Assembly: GCA_016194975.1 (NCBI GenBank) | Contig: JACQAM010000007.1 | Coordinates: forward strand, 255,947 to 319,946 | Origin: Bacteroidota bacterium | GTDB taxonomy: Bacteria > Bacteroidota > Bacteroidia > Palsa-965 | Length of the DNA: 64,000 nucleotides | Direction of reading: 5' to 3' | In this document: positions 47,130-56,785 of the stretch, piece by piece | Layout of the letters: every line of letters begins with the position of its first letter | How positions within the stretch are numbered: the first letter of the stretch is position 1 | Notes under the pieces: model-generated | Databases searched by the model: none | Told to the model about the DNA's origin: nothing | What the model saw: the letters and a program-made list of their open reading frames with translations, nothing else | Made by a program: the position numbers and the translations under genes

Positions 47130-50003
47130 ATGAAATCAAAATTCTACATGAAATGGAATGCATTGCATGCACGTGTTGCGGCAATGAGTTTTGCGATCCT
47201 GCTGTTGTTCAATCTTCATTCAGATGCGCAAACTGTTTACACATTTACCAGCGCGGCTGCCACTGGCGTTAATGGCCCTACGCAGGCGCAGGTGAACACA
47301 GCTTATACTTCAACAACACTTGCCGGAGCTGTTACTGTTGTAAGTAATGGAATTCAGCAATGGACAGTACCTGCAACAGGAAATTATACCATTGAAGGAT
47401 ACGGAGCGCAGGGAGGAAACGGAACCGGATTTAGCCTGATCGGTGGAAGAGGCGCTTACATCAAAGGAACATTTAATCTCACTGCTGGAACTGTTCTCAA
47501 TATTGTTGTAGGACAGATCGGCGCTGATGCAAGTTCAGGAAGTTCTGGTGGCGGCGGAACTTTTATTTACACAGGTGCAATTGGCGGCGCAGGATTAATG
47601 ATCGCTGCCGGTGGTGGTGGCGGAACAGGACACAACGTTGCGAATGGTGGAAACGGAAGTGCAACGAGTACTCCCGTTAGCAGCGGAACAGGAAGAGGAG
47701 ACGGCGGATACCAGGGATTAGGAATGGGTGGAAATGGTGGATCAGGTGTTGGAGGATATTCTGCAACGTGGAATAATGCTGCAGCTGGTGGTACAGGTTG
47801 GGGAAGTAGTGGACTCGCAGGATTTTTCCAGGGCGATGTTACTTATCAGAGTAATCCGGGAACAAGATTCACCGGAGGATATCATGGAACTGTGAATACA
47901 GATTTTCCCGGCGGATTTGGTGGAGGTGGTGGTTGCGGTGGTTGGGGATATTCTGGTGGTGGTGGCGGTGGATACACTGGTGGCGGTGGTGGAGATGACT
48001 GGGACGGAAATTCCGGGCCGTGCTCTTGCGGCCATGGCGGTGGACAAGGTGGTGGAAGTTTCAATTCAGGAACAAGTCAAACCAATACTGCCGGTGTAAG
48101 AAGCGGGGACGGAACTCTGATCATCACTAACATTTATTCAGCTACAACTGCAGTTTCATCACCAATCACTTGCAATGGCGCATCGAATGGTTCTCTTACT
48201 GTAACGGTGACCGGCGGAACGAGTCCTTATACTTATTCATGGGCGCCAACAGGAGGAACTGCTGCAACGGCTAGTGGATTATCTGCGGGAACTTATACCG
48301 TAACCGTAACTGATGCTACTTCCGCAGTTACTACAAGTACATTCAATCTTACACAACCGTCAGTAATCTCTACTTCTGTTTCTTCGCAAACGAACGTTTC
48401 CTGCAATGGCGGATCGAACGGAGTGATCAACGTTTTTGTTACCGGTGGAACACCCGGCTACGCTTACTCGTGGGCGCCATTGGGGGGAAGTATGGCAACG
48501 GCATCCGGCCTTCCTGCAGGAACCTATACCTGCACGGTCACCGATGCGAATGGTTGTACTGCAACACAACCTGCCGTCATAACACAACCAACGGCAATTA
48601 CAACTTCTGTTTCGGCTCAAATGAACATTACCTGCAACGGAGGCAACAACGGATCTGCAACCGTCACTCCTTCCGGAGGAACTCCGGCCTATTCTTTTTC
48701 CTGGTCACCATCGGGAGGAACCTCTGCATCGGCTTCCAGCCTGCCGGTAGGGTCATATACCTGCACGGTCAGCGATGCCAATGGTTGTACTGTAACACAA
48801 ACCGTGATGATCACAGAACCTACGGCTATCGTTACTTCGGTTTCTTCACAGACGAATGCAACCTGCAATGGAAACATGGACGGATCTGCAACAGTTGCTG
48901 CTTCGGGCGGAACCGGCGCTTATACTTACATGTGGAGTCCGACCGGTGGTTCTACGGCTATGGCAACGGGACTTGGTGCCGGAAGTTATTCCTGCACGAT
49001 CACGGATGCCAATGGTTGTACTGCAACACAAACACTCAGCATCACAGCACCGATGACGGTCACGTCTTCCGTTTCCAGCCAGATGGATGCTACATGCAAC
49101 GGAGGAAGCGACGGATCAGCTACGGTAATGGCTTCCGGAGGAACCGGGCCTTACACTTACGCGTGGAGTCCAATGGGAGGAAATGCTGCAATGGCAGCAG
49201 GACTTTCAGCCGGAACTTATTCCTGCTTGGTCACGGATATGAATGGTTGTACTACAACACAAACCGTTATGATCGCTGAACCTTCGCCGATCATTGTAAC
49301 AACAATGGGAACTGATCCTACCGGATGCGGCGCAAATGACGGGTCTATAACCATGTCTGTGAACGGCGGAACACCCGGATATACTTTCATGTGGAGCAAC
49401 AGTGCGACGACACAGAATATTTCCGGACTCACCGCAGGAACCTACACCTGCATCATTACCGACATGAACGGATGCAGCGCGAATGGAAGTGCAACACTGG
49501 TGGATCCGAATCCTCCAACGGTGACTTTGAATATTCCGACTTCGACTATTTGCTTCGATGATGCCACACTCGCATTGACCGGTGAATCTCCTTCGGGCGG
49601 AACATTCAGCGGAAGTGGTGTAACCGGAAATTCATTCGATCCTTCGGTTGCGGGAAACGGAACACAAGTGATCACTTATATGTTCACTGCCACCAATGGA
49701 TGCTCCGGTACAGCAATGGATTCTATAGTTGTTGATCCTTGTACAGGAATCCGGAATGCAAATTCCAATTCAACATGGAATCTTTATCCGAACCCTACGA
49801 CGGGCGAAATTTTCATCACAGGTTCATTGCACCAGGAAGTCCGTGTACAGTGTTTCACCTCTGATGGAAGAATGATCCGTGATTTCATGATGATCCCGAA
49901 TGATAATTCGAAATTCAGTTTGAGCAATGAAGCGAGCGGGCTTTACCTCGTGCGCATCATCTCTTCTGAAAAAACAGAATCGTTCAGGATCACCAAACAA
50001 TAA
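47130..50003 (+). CDS. secreted T9SS cargo protein: N-terminal glycine-rich domain, about 8 SprB repeats, Por C-terminal sorting domain
   Basis: Signal peptide. About 250-aa Gly-rich region (…GAQGGNGTGFSLIGGRGAYIKGTF…GGGGGYTGGGGGDDWDGNSGPCSCGHGGGQGGG…), then SprB repeats and a tail paralogous to the 44371 gene. Confidence 0.8.
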   Translation: MKSKFYMKWNALHARVAAMSFAILLLFNLHSDAQTVYTFTSAAATGVNGPTQAQVNTAYTSTTLAGAVTVVSNGIQQWTVPATGNYTIEGYGAQGGNGTGFSLIGGRGAYIKGTFNLTAGTVLNIVVGQIGADASSGSSGGGGTFIYTGAIGGAGLMIAAGGGGGTGHNVANGGNGSATSTPVSSGTGRGDGGYQGLGMGGNGGSGVGGYSATWNNAAAGGTGWGSSGLAGFFQGDVTYQSNPGTRFTGGYHGTVNTDFPGGFGGGGGCGGWGYSGGGGGGYTGGGGGDDWDGNSGPCSCGHGGGQGGGSFNSGTSQTNTAGVRSGDGTLIITNIYSATTAVSSPITCNGASNGSLTVTVTGGTSPYTYSWAPTGGTAATASGLSAGTYTVTVTDATSAVTTSTFNLTQPSVISTSVSSQTNVSCNGGSNGVINVFVTGGTPGYAYSWAPLGGSMATASGLPAGTYTCTVTDANGCTATQPAVITQPTAITTSVSAQMNITCNGGNNGSATVTPSGGTPAYSFSWSPSGGTSASASSLPVGSYTCTVSDANGCTVTQTVMITEPTAIVTSVSSQTNATCNGNMDGSATVAASGGTGAYTYMWSPTGGSTAMATGLGAGSYSCTITDANGCTATQTLSITAPMTVTSSVSSQMDATCNGGSDGSATVMASGGTGPYTYAWSPMGGNAAMAAGLSAGTYSCLVTDMNGCTTTQTVMIAEPSPIIVTTMGTDPTGCGANDGSITMSVNGGTPGYTFMWSNSATTQNISGLTAGTYTCIITDMNGCSANGSATLVDPNPPTVTLNIPTSTICFDDATLALTGESPSGGTFSGSGVTGNSFDPSVAGNGTQVITYMFTATNGCSGTAMDSIVVDPCTGIRNANSNSTWNLYPNPTTGEIFITGSLHQEVRVQCFTSDGRMIRDFMMIPNDNSKFSLSNEASGLYLVRIISSEKTESFRITKQ

Positions 50004-50023
50004 TTTTTTTATCACAAAGTGAA

Positions 50024-50056
50024 AAAGGCGATTCCCGCGGGCGTCGCCTTTTTTTT
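50024..50056 (+). terminator. Rho-independent terminator
   Basis: AGGCGA-TT-CCCGCGGG-CG-TCGCCT followed by T8. Confidence 0.65.
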
Positions 50057-50063
50057 ATGATAT

Positions 50064-51521
50064 TTGATCATGCGGAAAATATTCCTCCCACTTTTTCTTT
50101 TTTTCTTTTTCCACAAGATCTCCGCCCAGAGTTTTCTCGGTTACGAACACAGCAATTATGCAGGAATAGTCGGCGCTTCGTACAATCCTGCTTCGCTCGC
50201 CGATAATAATTACAGTCTCGATATCCTGGTCGGCGGTTTAGATGTGGAAGGAGCGAATAATTATGTGGGCGTAAAAAGAAAAGACTTCGGAATTCCCGAT
50301 TGGGGAACGCAGAATCTTTATTTGCGCGATGGAAGAAATACGAAGAAAGCTGCATTCGCACGAGCGGAGATTCTTTTGCCCGCGGTGATGTTCTCCAATG
50401 ATAAATTCGGATGGGGCGTAGATATGAAGATACGCACGTATGCAAATATTGACGGAGTGGAACCTGAGCTCGCGCACCTGCTCGCACGCGGATTGAAAGA
50501 TCCTGCCGACTATCAGGAATTTCATAATAAGCACGTGGGTGCGAATGCGTGTTCGTGGTTCGAGATCGGCGGCACTTATTCGAAAACTATATGGACCGGC
50601 GCTGAACATTTTGTGAGTGTAGGTGTGCGCCCTAAATTTTTACTCGGTCTCGGCGCCGCTTATGCTTTTGTAAATGATCTCGAGTACCAGGCGTATAGCG
50701 ACACTACTGTCGGAATTTTCCGTTCCGATCTGAAATTCGGCCACTCGGATAATTTCGCATTCGGCGCAAATTTTTCATGGCAGGGGTATCACATCGGGTT
50801 CAATCCGGGAATAGGATTGGATGCAGGAATCATTTATGAATTTCGCCCGGACGCAATGCAGAAAGACAAAAAAGATAAACCGAAAGAATGGCCCGGATTC
50901 CGTGAGCGTCCGATTTACAAATACCGGATTGGTGCATCACTGACCGATCTCGGCATCATTCATTTCCGTTCCGGTATTTTTACCGATCATTATTCTGCAA
51001 ATTCAGAGGACTGGAATTTCAATAACAAAGATTTAAACTATACAGAGCCCGGCCCGATCTACAATAATTTTTCATTGGGGAATGCAGGAAAAGGAAGCGG
51101 AAAAGGATTGTGGATGCGCACACCGCTGGCCCTCGATCTTTTTTACGATTATCATTACCGCGATAATATTTATTTAAGCGGGCAATCTTTCAATGCACTT
51201 TATTTCCGCGGAACTGATTTTAAAAAAGTTCACGAGCTCACGCGCATAAGCGTGACCGCGCGCTACGAAACGCGCTGGTACGGTGCGTGGGTGCCCGTAT
51301 CATTCACGCGCATGGGCACAGTGAGCATGGGCGCGGGATTCCGTCTGGGTCCGTTCATTTTCGGAACGACAGATCTTTTAAATCTCATTCTGAAAAGCAA
51401 AAAAGTTTACAATGCGGATTTTTACTTCGCGCTGAAAGTTCCGCTCTTCCCGACCGGAAAACTGAAAACGAAAAAAGGAAAAGCAAAGACGGGAGGAAAT
51501 CCGGTTGATTGTCCGAAGTAG
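50064..51521 (+). CDS. outer-membrane protein, possibly FadL/OmpP1/PorV-like beta-barrel
   Basis: Signal peptide. The N-terminus …NYAGIVGASYNPASLAD… resembles the conserved FadL-family N-terminal segment (…AGxxxAxxNPAxL…). Unusually, the C-terminus is Lys-rich and not aromatic. Confidence 0.4.
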   Translation: MIMRKIFLPLFLFFFFHKISAQSFLGYEHSNYAGIVGASYNPASLADNNYSLDILVGGLDVEGANNYVGVKRKDFGIPDWGTQNLYLRDGRNTKKAAFARAEILLPAVMFSNDKFGWGVDMKIRTYANIDGVEPELAHLLARGLKDPADYQEFHNKHVGANACSWFEIGGTYSKTIWTGAEHFVSVGVRPKFLLGLGAAYAFVNDLEYQAYSDTTVGIFRSDLKFGHSDNFAFGANFSWQGYHIGFNPGIGLDAGIIYEFRPDAMQKDKKDKPKEWPGFRERPIYKYRIGASLTDLGIIHFRSGIFTDHYSANSEDWNFNNKDLNYTEPGPIYNNFSLGNAGKGSGKGLWMRTPLALDLFYDYHYRDNIYLSGQSFNALYFRGTDFKKVHELTRISVTARYETRWYGAWVPVSFTRMGTVSMGAGFRLGPFIFGTTDLLNLILKSKKVYNADFYFALKVPLFPTGKLKTKKGKAKTGGNPVDCPK

Positions 51522-51872
51522 TTTCGGGTTATTACGAATCCTGATAATTTTAAGTGGTGAGTGACGATGAATTGTTTTCGGTTTACTGTTTCCGGTTTTT
51601 TTAAAGCAATAATGTTTGCATTTTTTTTTGCAAACAAGTTCACAGGAAGACACAGGAGAGAATAATTTGTGATGAAGTTTTTTCGCATAGCCCCGATGGT
51701 GCGCCTTTACCGAACGCGTTCGGGATTGCGCACCAGCGGGAAGACAGGAAATAAGAAGTGATACAGGTGCGCTTCAAAATAAAAAAATGAGAAGCTGCCG
51801 TATTCAAGTTCACTTTCTCACCAATATTTTTTCCGACTGCCGTTGCCGCTTGCTCCTTTGGAGCTGATTTCT

Positions 51873-52000
51873 GGTAGTGGGTCAGTTTGAAAATTCTTAG
51901 CGCCTTAGCGTCTTTGCGGTTTAATAAAAGAATGGTTTAGGAACCGCGAAGGCGCCAAGGCGCGAAGTTGAATCGGAAAAGAGCAAACTGAGCCTCTACC
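51873..52000. mobile_element. MITE copy B (inverted relative to copy A), flanked by the 8-bp direct repeat TGATTTCT
   Basis: GGTAGTGGGTCAGTTTG … CAAACTGAGCCTCTACC. The interior is essentially identical to the reverse complement of 14855-14948. TGATTTCT sits at 51865-51872 and 52001-52008. Confidence 0.7.
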
Positions 52001-52100
52001 TGATTTCTGCTTAATTCCCCAATACAACTTTTCTTGCTAAATTTGCGCCCTTTAACACCAATGGGTAGTTTCAAAACACCCTGATCAATCAATAACAACT

Positions 52101-54497
52101 ATGAACGAACAACTTATTTATCTGGTTCCCGCATTGGGAATTCTCGGACTCATTTTCATGATCCTCAAATCGGCGTGGGTGAGTAAACAGGATGCGGGAA
52201 ACGATCGCATGAAAGAAATTGCAGGATATGTTTCAGAAGGAGCGATGGCATTCCTGAAAGCTGAATATCGCATTCTCGCAATTTATGTCGTACTCGCCGG
52301 CAGCGCACTCGGTTGGTTGAGCCAAGAGGTAACTACTTCTCACATTCTTATCGTCGCTGCATTTGTTTGCGGATGTATTTTTTCTGCACTCGCCGGATTT
52401 TTCGGAATGCGAATCGCTACAAAAGCAAACGTTCGCACAACGCAGGCGGCGAGAACTTCTCTTGCAAAAGCACTGAGAGTTTCTTTCACCGGCGGAACAG
52501 TGATGGGACTCGGTGTTGCCGGACTCGCAGTTCTCGGACTAAGTATGCTCTTCATTATTTTTTTCCAGTTTTTCATGCAGAGTTCACTTGCGAATGGCGG
52601 ATATGAAAAAATGACGCAGGTACTTGAAGTGCTCGCAGGATTTTCTGTGGGTGCAGAATCGATCGCGCTTTTCGCTCGTGTGGGCGGTGGAATTTATACC
52701 AAAGCCGCAGATGTTGGAGCCGATCTCGTTGGAAAAGTAGAGGCAGGAATTCCGGAAGATGATCCGCGTAATCCCGCAACCATTGCAGATAACGTTGGTG
52801 ATAATGTGGGTGACGTTGCAGGAATGGGCGCCGATCTTTTCGGATCGTACGTCGCAACAGTTCTCGCGTCGATGGTGCTGGGCAATTATGTGATTCGCGA
52901 TATGGTTGCAGCGAATGGAAATTATGATGTGATCCCGTTCAAAGGACTCGGCCCCATTTTTCTTCCACTCATGATCTCTGCTGCAGGATTATTCGCTTCC
53001 ATCATCTCCAGTTATTTTGTGAAGGTTGCCGACAATGCAAAAACAGATACACGTACCGTACAACGGGCACTCAATATCGGAAACTGGTCTTCGATTCTTC
53101 TCTCGCTCGTAGCCGCTTATTTTCTCATTCAGCAATGTTTGCCTGCAACAATGAACATCAGTGTTTTCAACGCGGGTGAATTCGGAAAAGCAACTACAAC
53201 AAGTATGCATATTTTCTATGCGGTGATGATCGGAATGTTTGTAGGTGGTGCAATTTCATTTATCACCGAATATTTTACCGGCCTCGGCGGGCGTCCTGTA
53301 AGAGGCATCGTCGAAAAATCTGCGACAGGTGCAGCAACAAATATTATCGCCGGGCTCGGAACAGGAATGTTATCTACTGCACTTCCTGTAATTCTTTTCG
53401 CAGGTGCGATCTGGGGCGCGTATTCACTCGCAGGATTTTACGGAGTAGGAATTGCAGCGTGCGCGATGATGGCGAACACCGCAATGCAATTGGCGATCGA
53501 TGCATTCGGTCCCATTGCAGACAACGCCGGCGGAATTGCAGAGATGAGTGAACTTCCTGCAGAGGTTCGAGAGAAAACAGACGTACTCGATTCAGTTGGA
53601 AATACAACTGCTGCTATCGGGAAAGGATTTGCAATTGCATCCGCAGCGCTTACTGCACTCGCACTTTTCGCTGCTTACGTAACATTCACCGGCATCAACG
53701 GAATAAATATTTTCGATGCAAAAGTTCTCGCTGCGTTATTTCTCGGCGGAATGATCCCGGTTGTTTTCTCCGCGCTCGCTATGAATTCGGTTGGTAAAGC
53801 AGCAATGGATATGGTGAATGAAGTACGCCGGCAGTTCCGCGAAATACCCGGCATCATGGAAGGAAAAGGAAAACCTGAATATGCAAAGTGTGTTGCTATT
53901 TCCACGAAAGCTGCATTGCGCCAGATGTTATTGCCGGGCGTGATCACGATCGTAACTCCAATCATTGTTGGATTGGTGATGGGCGCAGAAGCGCTCGGTT
54001 CTTATATGGCAGGCGTAACCGTGAGCGGTGTACTCTGGGCAATTTTCCAGAACAATGCCGGTGGTGCGTGGGACAATGCAAAAAAATCTTTTGAAAAAGG
54101 TGCGGAGATAGAAGTGAACGGCAAGAAAGAAATTTTTTATAAAAAATCTGATCCGCATAAAGCGGCTGTCGTTGGTGATACGGTTGGTGATCCTTTCAAA
54201 GATACTTCCGGCCCGTCGATGAATATTCTCATCAAGCTTTCCTGTCTCGTTGGACTCATGCTTGCACCACTTCTCGCCGGACACAATGCTACCGCAATGA
54301 ACAACATGTGCAAAGGAAATTCCTGCTGCACCCAGATGATGAATATGAAATGCGATCTGAATAAATGCATGCACATGACGCAGCAACAATGCGCGCAGTA
54401 TTGCGACTCGATGAAATGTACGCCCGAAGAAAAAGAAATGTGTTTGAAACATGCAATGGGTGGAAGCTGCTACGATTCGACAAAGTGCAATAAGTAA
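52101..54497 (+). CDS. hppA: membrane-bound (K+-stimulated) H+/Na+-translocating pyrophosphatase with an unusual Cys/Met-rich C-terminal extension
   Basis: Multi-transmembrane protein with the M-PPase conserved segments (…DNVGDNVGD…, …GDTVGDPFKDTSGPSMNILIKL…). Length 798 aa. Confidence 0.9.
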   Translation: MNEQLIYLVPALGILGLIFMILKSAWVSKQDAGNDRMKEIAGYVSEGAMAFLKAEYRILAIYVVLAGSALGWLSQEVTTSHILIVAAFVCGCIFSALAGFFGMRIATKANVRTTQAARTSLAKALRVSFTGGTVMGLGVAGLAVLGLSMLFIIFFQFFMQSSLANGGYEKMTQVLEVLAGFSVGAESIALFARVGGGIYTKAADVGADLVGKVEAGIPEDDPRNPATIADNVGDNVGDVAGMGADLFGSYVATVLASMVLGNYVIRDMVAANGNYDVIPFKGLGPIFLPLMISAAGLFASIISSYFVKVADNAKTDTRTVQRALNIGNWSSILLSLVAAYFLIQQCLPATMNISVFNAGEFGKATTTSMHIFYAVMIGMFVGGAISFITEYFTGLGGRPVRGIVEKSATGAATNIIAGLGTGMLSTALPVILFAGAIWGAYSLAGFYGVGIAACAMMANTAMQLAIDAFGPIADNAGGIAEMSELPAEVREKTDVLDSVGNTTAAIGKGFAIASAALTALALFAAYVTFTGINGINIFDAKVLAALFLGGMIPVVFSALAMNSVGKAAMDMVNEVRRQFREIPGIMEGKGKPEYAKCVAISTKAALRQMLLPGVITIVTPIIVGLVMGAEALGSYMAGVTVSGVLWAIFQNNAGGAWDNAKKSFEKGAEIEVNGKKEIFYKKSDPHKAAVVGDTVGDPFKDTSGPSMNILIKLSCLVGLMLAPLLAGHNATAMNNMCKGNSCCTQMMNMKCDLNKCMHMTQQQCAQYCDSMKCTPEEKEMCLKHAMGGSCYDSTKCNK

Positions 54498-54527
54498 ATA
54501 GTTATCTCAAAATTGAGATTCAATCAT

Positions 54528-54612
54528 GAAATTCCAAAAAAAGTAAAGCTCCAAATTCCAAAAGACGGCACAGTTAACCAATGAACTTTGGGATTTTCGA
54601 TTTGTGATTTTC
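54528..54612. repeat. CCAAATTCCAAA / TTTGGGATTTTCGATTTG intergenic element (second copy)
   Basis: Shares CCAAATTCCAAA and a GATTTG tail with 34006-34106. Confidence 0.4.
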
Positions 54613-54669
54613 CGGAAATGACTGTTTAATTTCGAGGTGAGTTCTACTGAGAAAATATTTTTTGAAGAA

Positions 54670-54697
54670 AGCCATTCCGTGAGGAGTGGCTTTTTTT
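54670..54697 (+). terminator. possible Rho-independent terminator about 175 nt downstream of hppA
   Basis: GCCATTCC-GTGA-GGAGTGGC (one mismatch) followed by T7. Confidence 0.4.
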
Positions 54698-54891
54698 ATT
54701 GAGGATACTAATTGCGAATTACCCGAATATCCGGATCAGGATTTGTGAAATGTGCAATTTACGCGGCTGCACGCGCTTTACATTTAAAATCTGCAAATTA
54801 TTCTTCCCGCGTTATCCGGAATTCAATTTTCTTTTATGGTTGGACTCCTCTACGTTTGTCAGGTAACGAAATTGAAATAAAAAACAGAGCC

Positions 54892-55608
54892 ATGAAAAAG
54901 AAACTGACTATTCTATGCCTGCTCACTTCTCTTTTCGCTTTCGCGCAGAAGGACAGCACCATTCTGCTTAAAAAGAATTCACTCAACTTCCAGGCAGGTG
55001 GAATTTCTTTTTTCCCACAAGTAAATTACGAACGGATTTTTTACCAGAAGAAAAAACTCAAACTTAATGCTTCCATCGGAATAGATCCTGTCGATATGTT
55101 TTTTGCCGCGGTTTTCAATGGCCCGAAATTCATTGGCACAGTCGAATCAGACGCCATGCTCGGAAGAAAAAATAATTTCCTGGAAATGGGAATTGGAAAT
55201 CTTTTGGAATATAAATCTTCAGGCGAATATCCCCGCAGGAAAACAGAATCCTATTTGCTTTACGGGCCAGGCGATCCTGATGGTTTTCAATATGGCGTCA
55301 AGGACGTAAAAACAGTGAATTATTATCAAGCAAAATTCAATATGAGGATCGGATACCGGTATCAGAATGTAAATAAGAAATTTTACTTCCGCATCGCATG
55401 GATACCAACCGTGATTTTGAAACTGGGTTATAAAATGGAACCTTACGATCAATTAATAAGATTACGCGGCAGTATATGGGGTGACTCTTATTACAACGAC
55501 TACAGACCGATCCCGTCGGAATATCATCCATCTGGTCACGGTGTCGAATCCATTGCAGAGATCTATACACTCAATGGAGCATTTACAATTGGATATCTGT
55601 TCAGGTAA
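54892..55608 (+). CDS. hypothetical outer-membrane protein
   Basis: Signal peptide MKKKLTILCLLTSLFAFAQ from the ATG at 54892. Composition like an amphipathic beta-strand protein. Confidence 0.45.
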   Translation: MKKKLTILCLLTSLFAFAQKDSTILLKKNSLNFQAGGISFFPQVNYERIFYQKKKLKLNASIGIDPVDMFFAAVFNGPKFIGTVESDAMLGRKNNFLEMGIGNLLEYKSSGEYPRRKTESYLLYGPGDPDGFQYGVKDVKTVNYYQAKFNMRIGYRYQNVNKKFYFRIAWIPTVILKLGYKMEPYDQLIRLRGSIWGDSYYNDYRPIPSEYHPSGHGVESIAEIYTLNGAFTIGYLFR

Positions 55609-55699
55609 AAGAATGCAGAAGTGCAGTTTCGTTTAAAAATCAATACATCATTAAAATAAAAATTTTGCGCTAAATACTAATCACGCAACAATCACTACC

Positions 55700-56707
55700 A
55701 TGCGTTTCAATATTTGCAATACAAAAATGAAGTCCACATGCAATTCGATTTCGGAAAATGAATCAACTGGTTTACGTTTGTCATGTCAATCAATCAACTG
55801 CATGATAAAACCTTTACACACCGTTTGCACAAGAAAAATTATTTCTTTTCTACTTGTAGCATTTTTATTTTTCTCTGACTCCTGCCACAATTTCGCGGAG
55901 ATTGACAAAATGAATTACAGAAAAGATCGTGCGAGCCGTCACATTCCAAAGGAAAATACTATTCCTTTCTTCAATTTGACTCTGAATAATTTTTCAAAAG
56001 ATTCCATTATTCCAAGATCAAATGATACCGTAGGAATATTTTCAGCGGTCAAATCCTTACATGAAAATATTATTGACAAGCATCCTTCTCTTTTATCCGA
56101 TACAAACCGTTCGAAAAAAGGAAAAGCAAAGTGGCATCCTGCTTCAAAAAAGAATGATGAACCTTTAACGCCACAGGAAGAGGTGAACGAAGATTTCAGA
56201 AAAGGAAAATTATATCTTGCCTTGGGGATTCTTTTTCCACTCCTTCTGTTTCCGATGTCGATCTTCTTTCTATTCGAGGCAAGAAACAAAATGAAAGAAT
56301 ACGGCATCGTGGATGAGCAATTGAAACAAAAAATAAATTTCTGCATTTTTTTAACGATCGTCTTCGCCATTGGCTTCGGTGCCTTTTACATTTATCTTAT
56401 GATCATGCTGGTACAGGGATTCCTTTTTCTAATGGGTGTGATGAGTGAGGTTTGTTACATTGCAACGATGGTTTATGGTGATTATGATGCGCCCGAAGTT
56501 CTTGTGCTGAGAAAATTCCGTGATGAAAAACTGAAACCACATTTCGCCGGCAGGATTTTCATTGCCGTTTACTATGCTTTGTCGCCCTACTTCGTGAAAT
56601 TTTTCCGGAACAATAAAAGCGTGAACAGATCCTGCAAATACCTTCTTGACAAATTTGTTGCGCGGCTGAGAAGGGAATTTGCGGAAGAACAGATTATTCT
56701 GAATTGA
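55700..56707 (+). CDS. hypothetical integral membrane protein with a conserved-looking C-terminal soluble domain
   Basis: Three or four transmembrane helices in the centre. C-terminal …YGDYDAPEVLVLRKFRDEKL…GRIFIAVYYALSPYFVKFF…KYLLDKFV… Start uncertain (ATG at 55700 or 55727). Confidence 0.4.
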   Translation: MRFNICNTKMKSTCNSISENESTGLRLSCQSINCMIKPLHTVCTRKIISFLLVAFLFFSDSCHNFAEIDKMNYRKDRASRHIPKENTIPFFNLTLNNFSKDSIIPRSNDTVGIFSAVKSLHENIIDKHPSLLSDTNRSKKGKAKWHPASKKNDEPLTPQEEVNEDFRKGKLYLALGILFPLLLFPMSIFFLFEARNKMKEYGIVDEQLKQKINFCIFLTIVFAIGFGAFYIYLMIMLVQGFLFLMGVMSEVCYIATMVYGDYDAPEVLVLRKFRDEKLKPHFAGRIFIAVYYALSPYFVKFFRNNKSVNRSCKYLLDKFVARLRREFAEEQIILN

Positions 56708-56785
56708 TAATAAAAGATAATGAAATGCAACTTCTTCGATTCGAAAAAAATAACCCTTGAATAACAAAACTTAAAAACTAAAACC

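Noticed and set aside
47882-48064. 60-aa Pro-rich ORF (PPPPP runs) on the minus strand
   Set aside because: It is the reverse complement of the glycine-rich (GGN-codon) region of the 47130 gene. It is compositional mirror-image noise.
48470-49279. 269-aa ORF in an alternative plus frame
   Set aside because: It lies entirely inside the 47130 SprB-repeat gene in a different frame. Its Cys/Arg-rich translation is typical of an out-of-frame reading.
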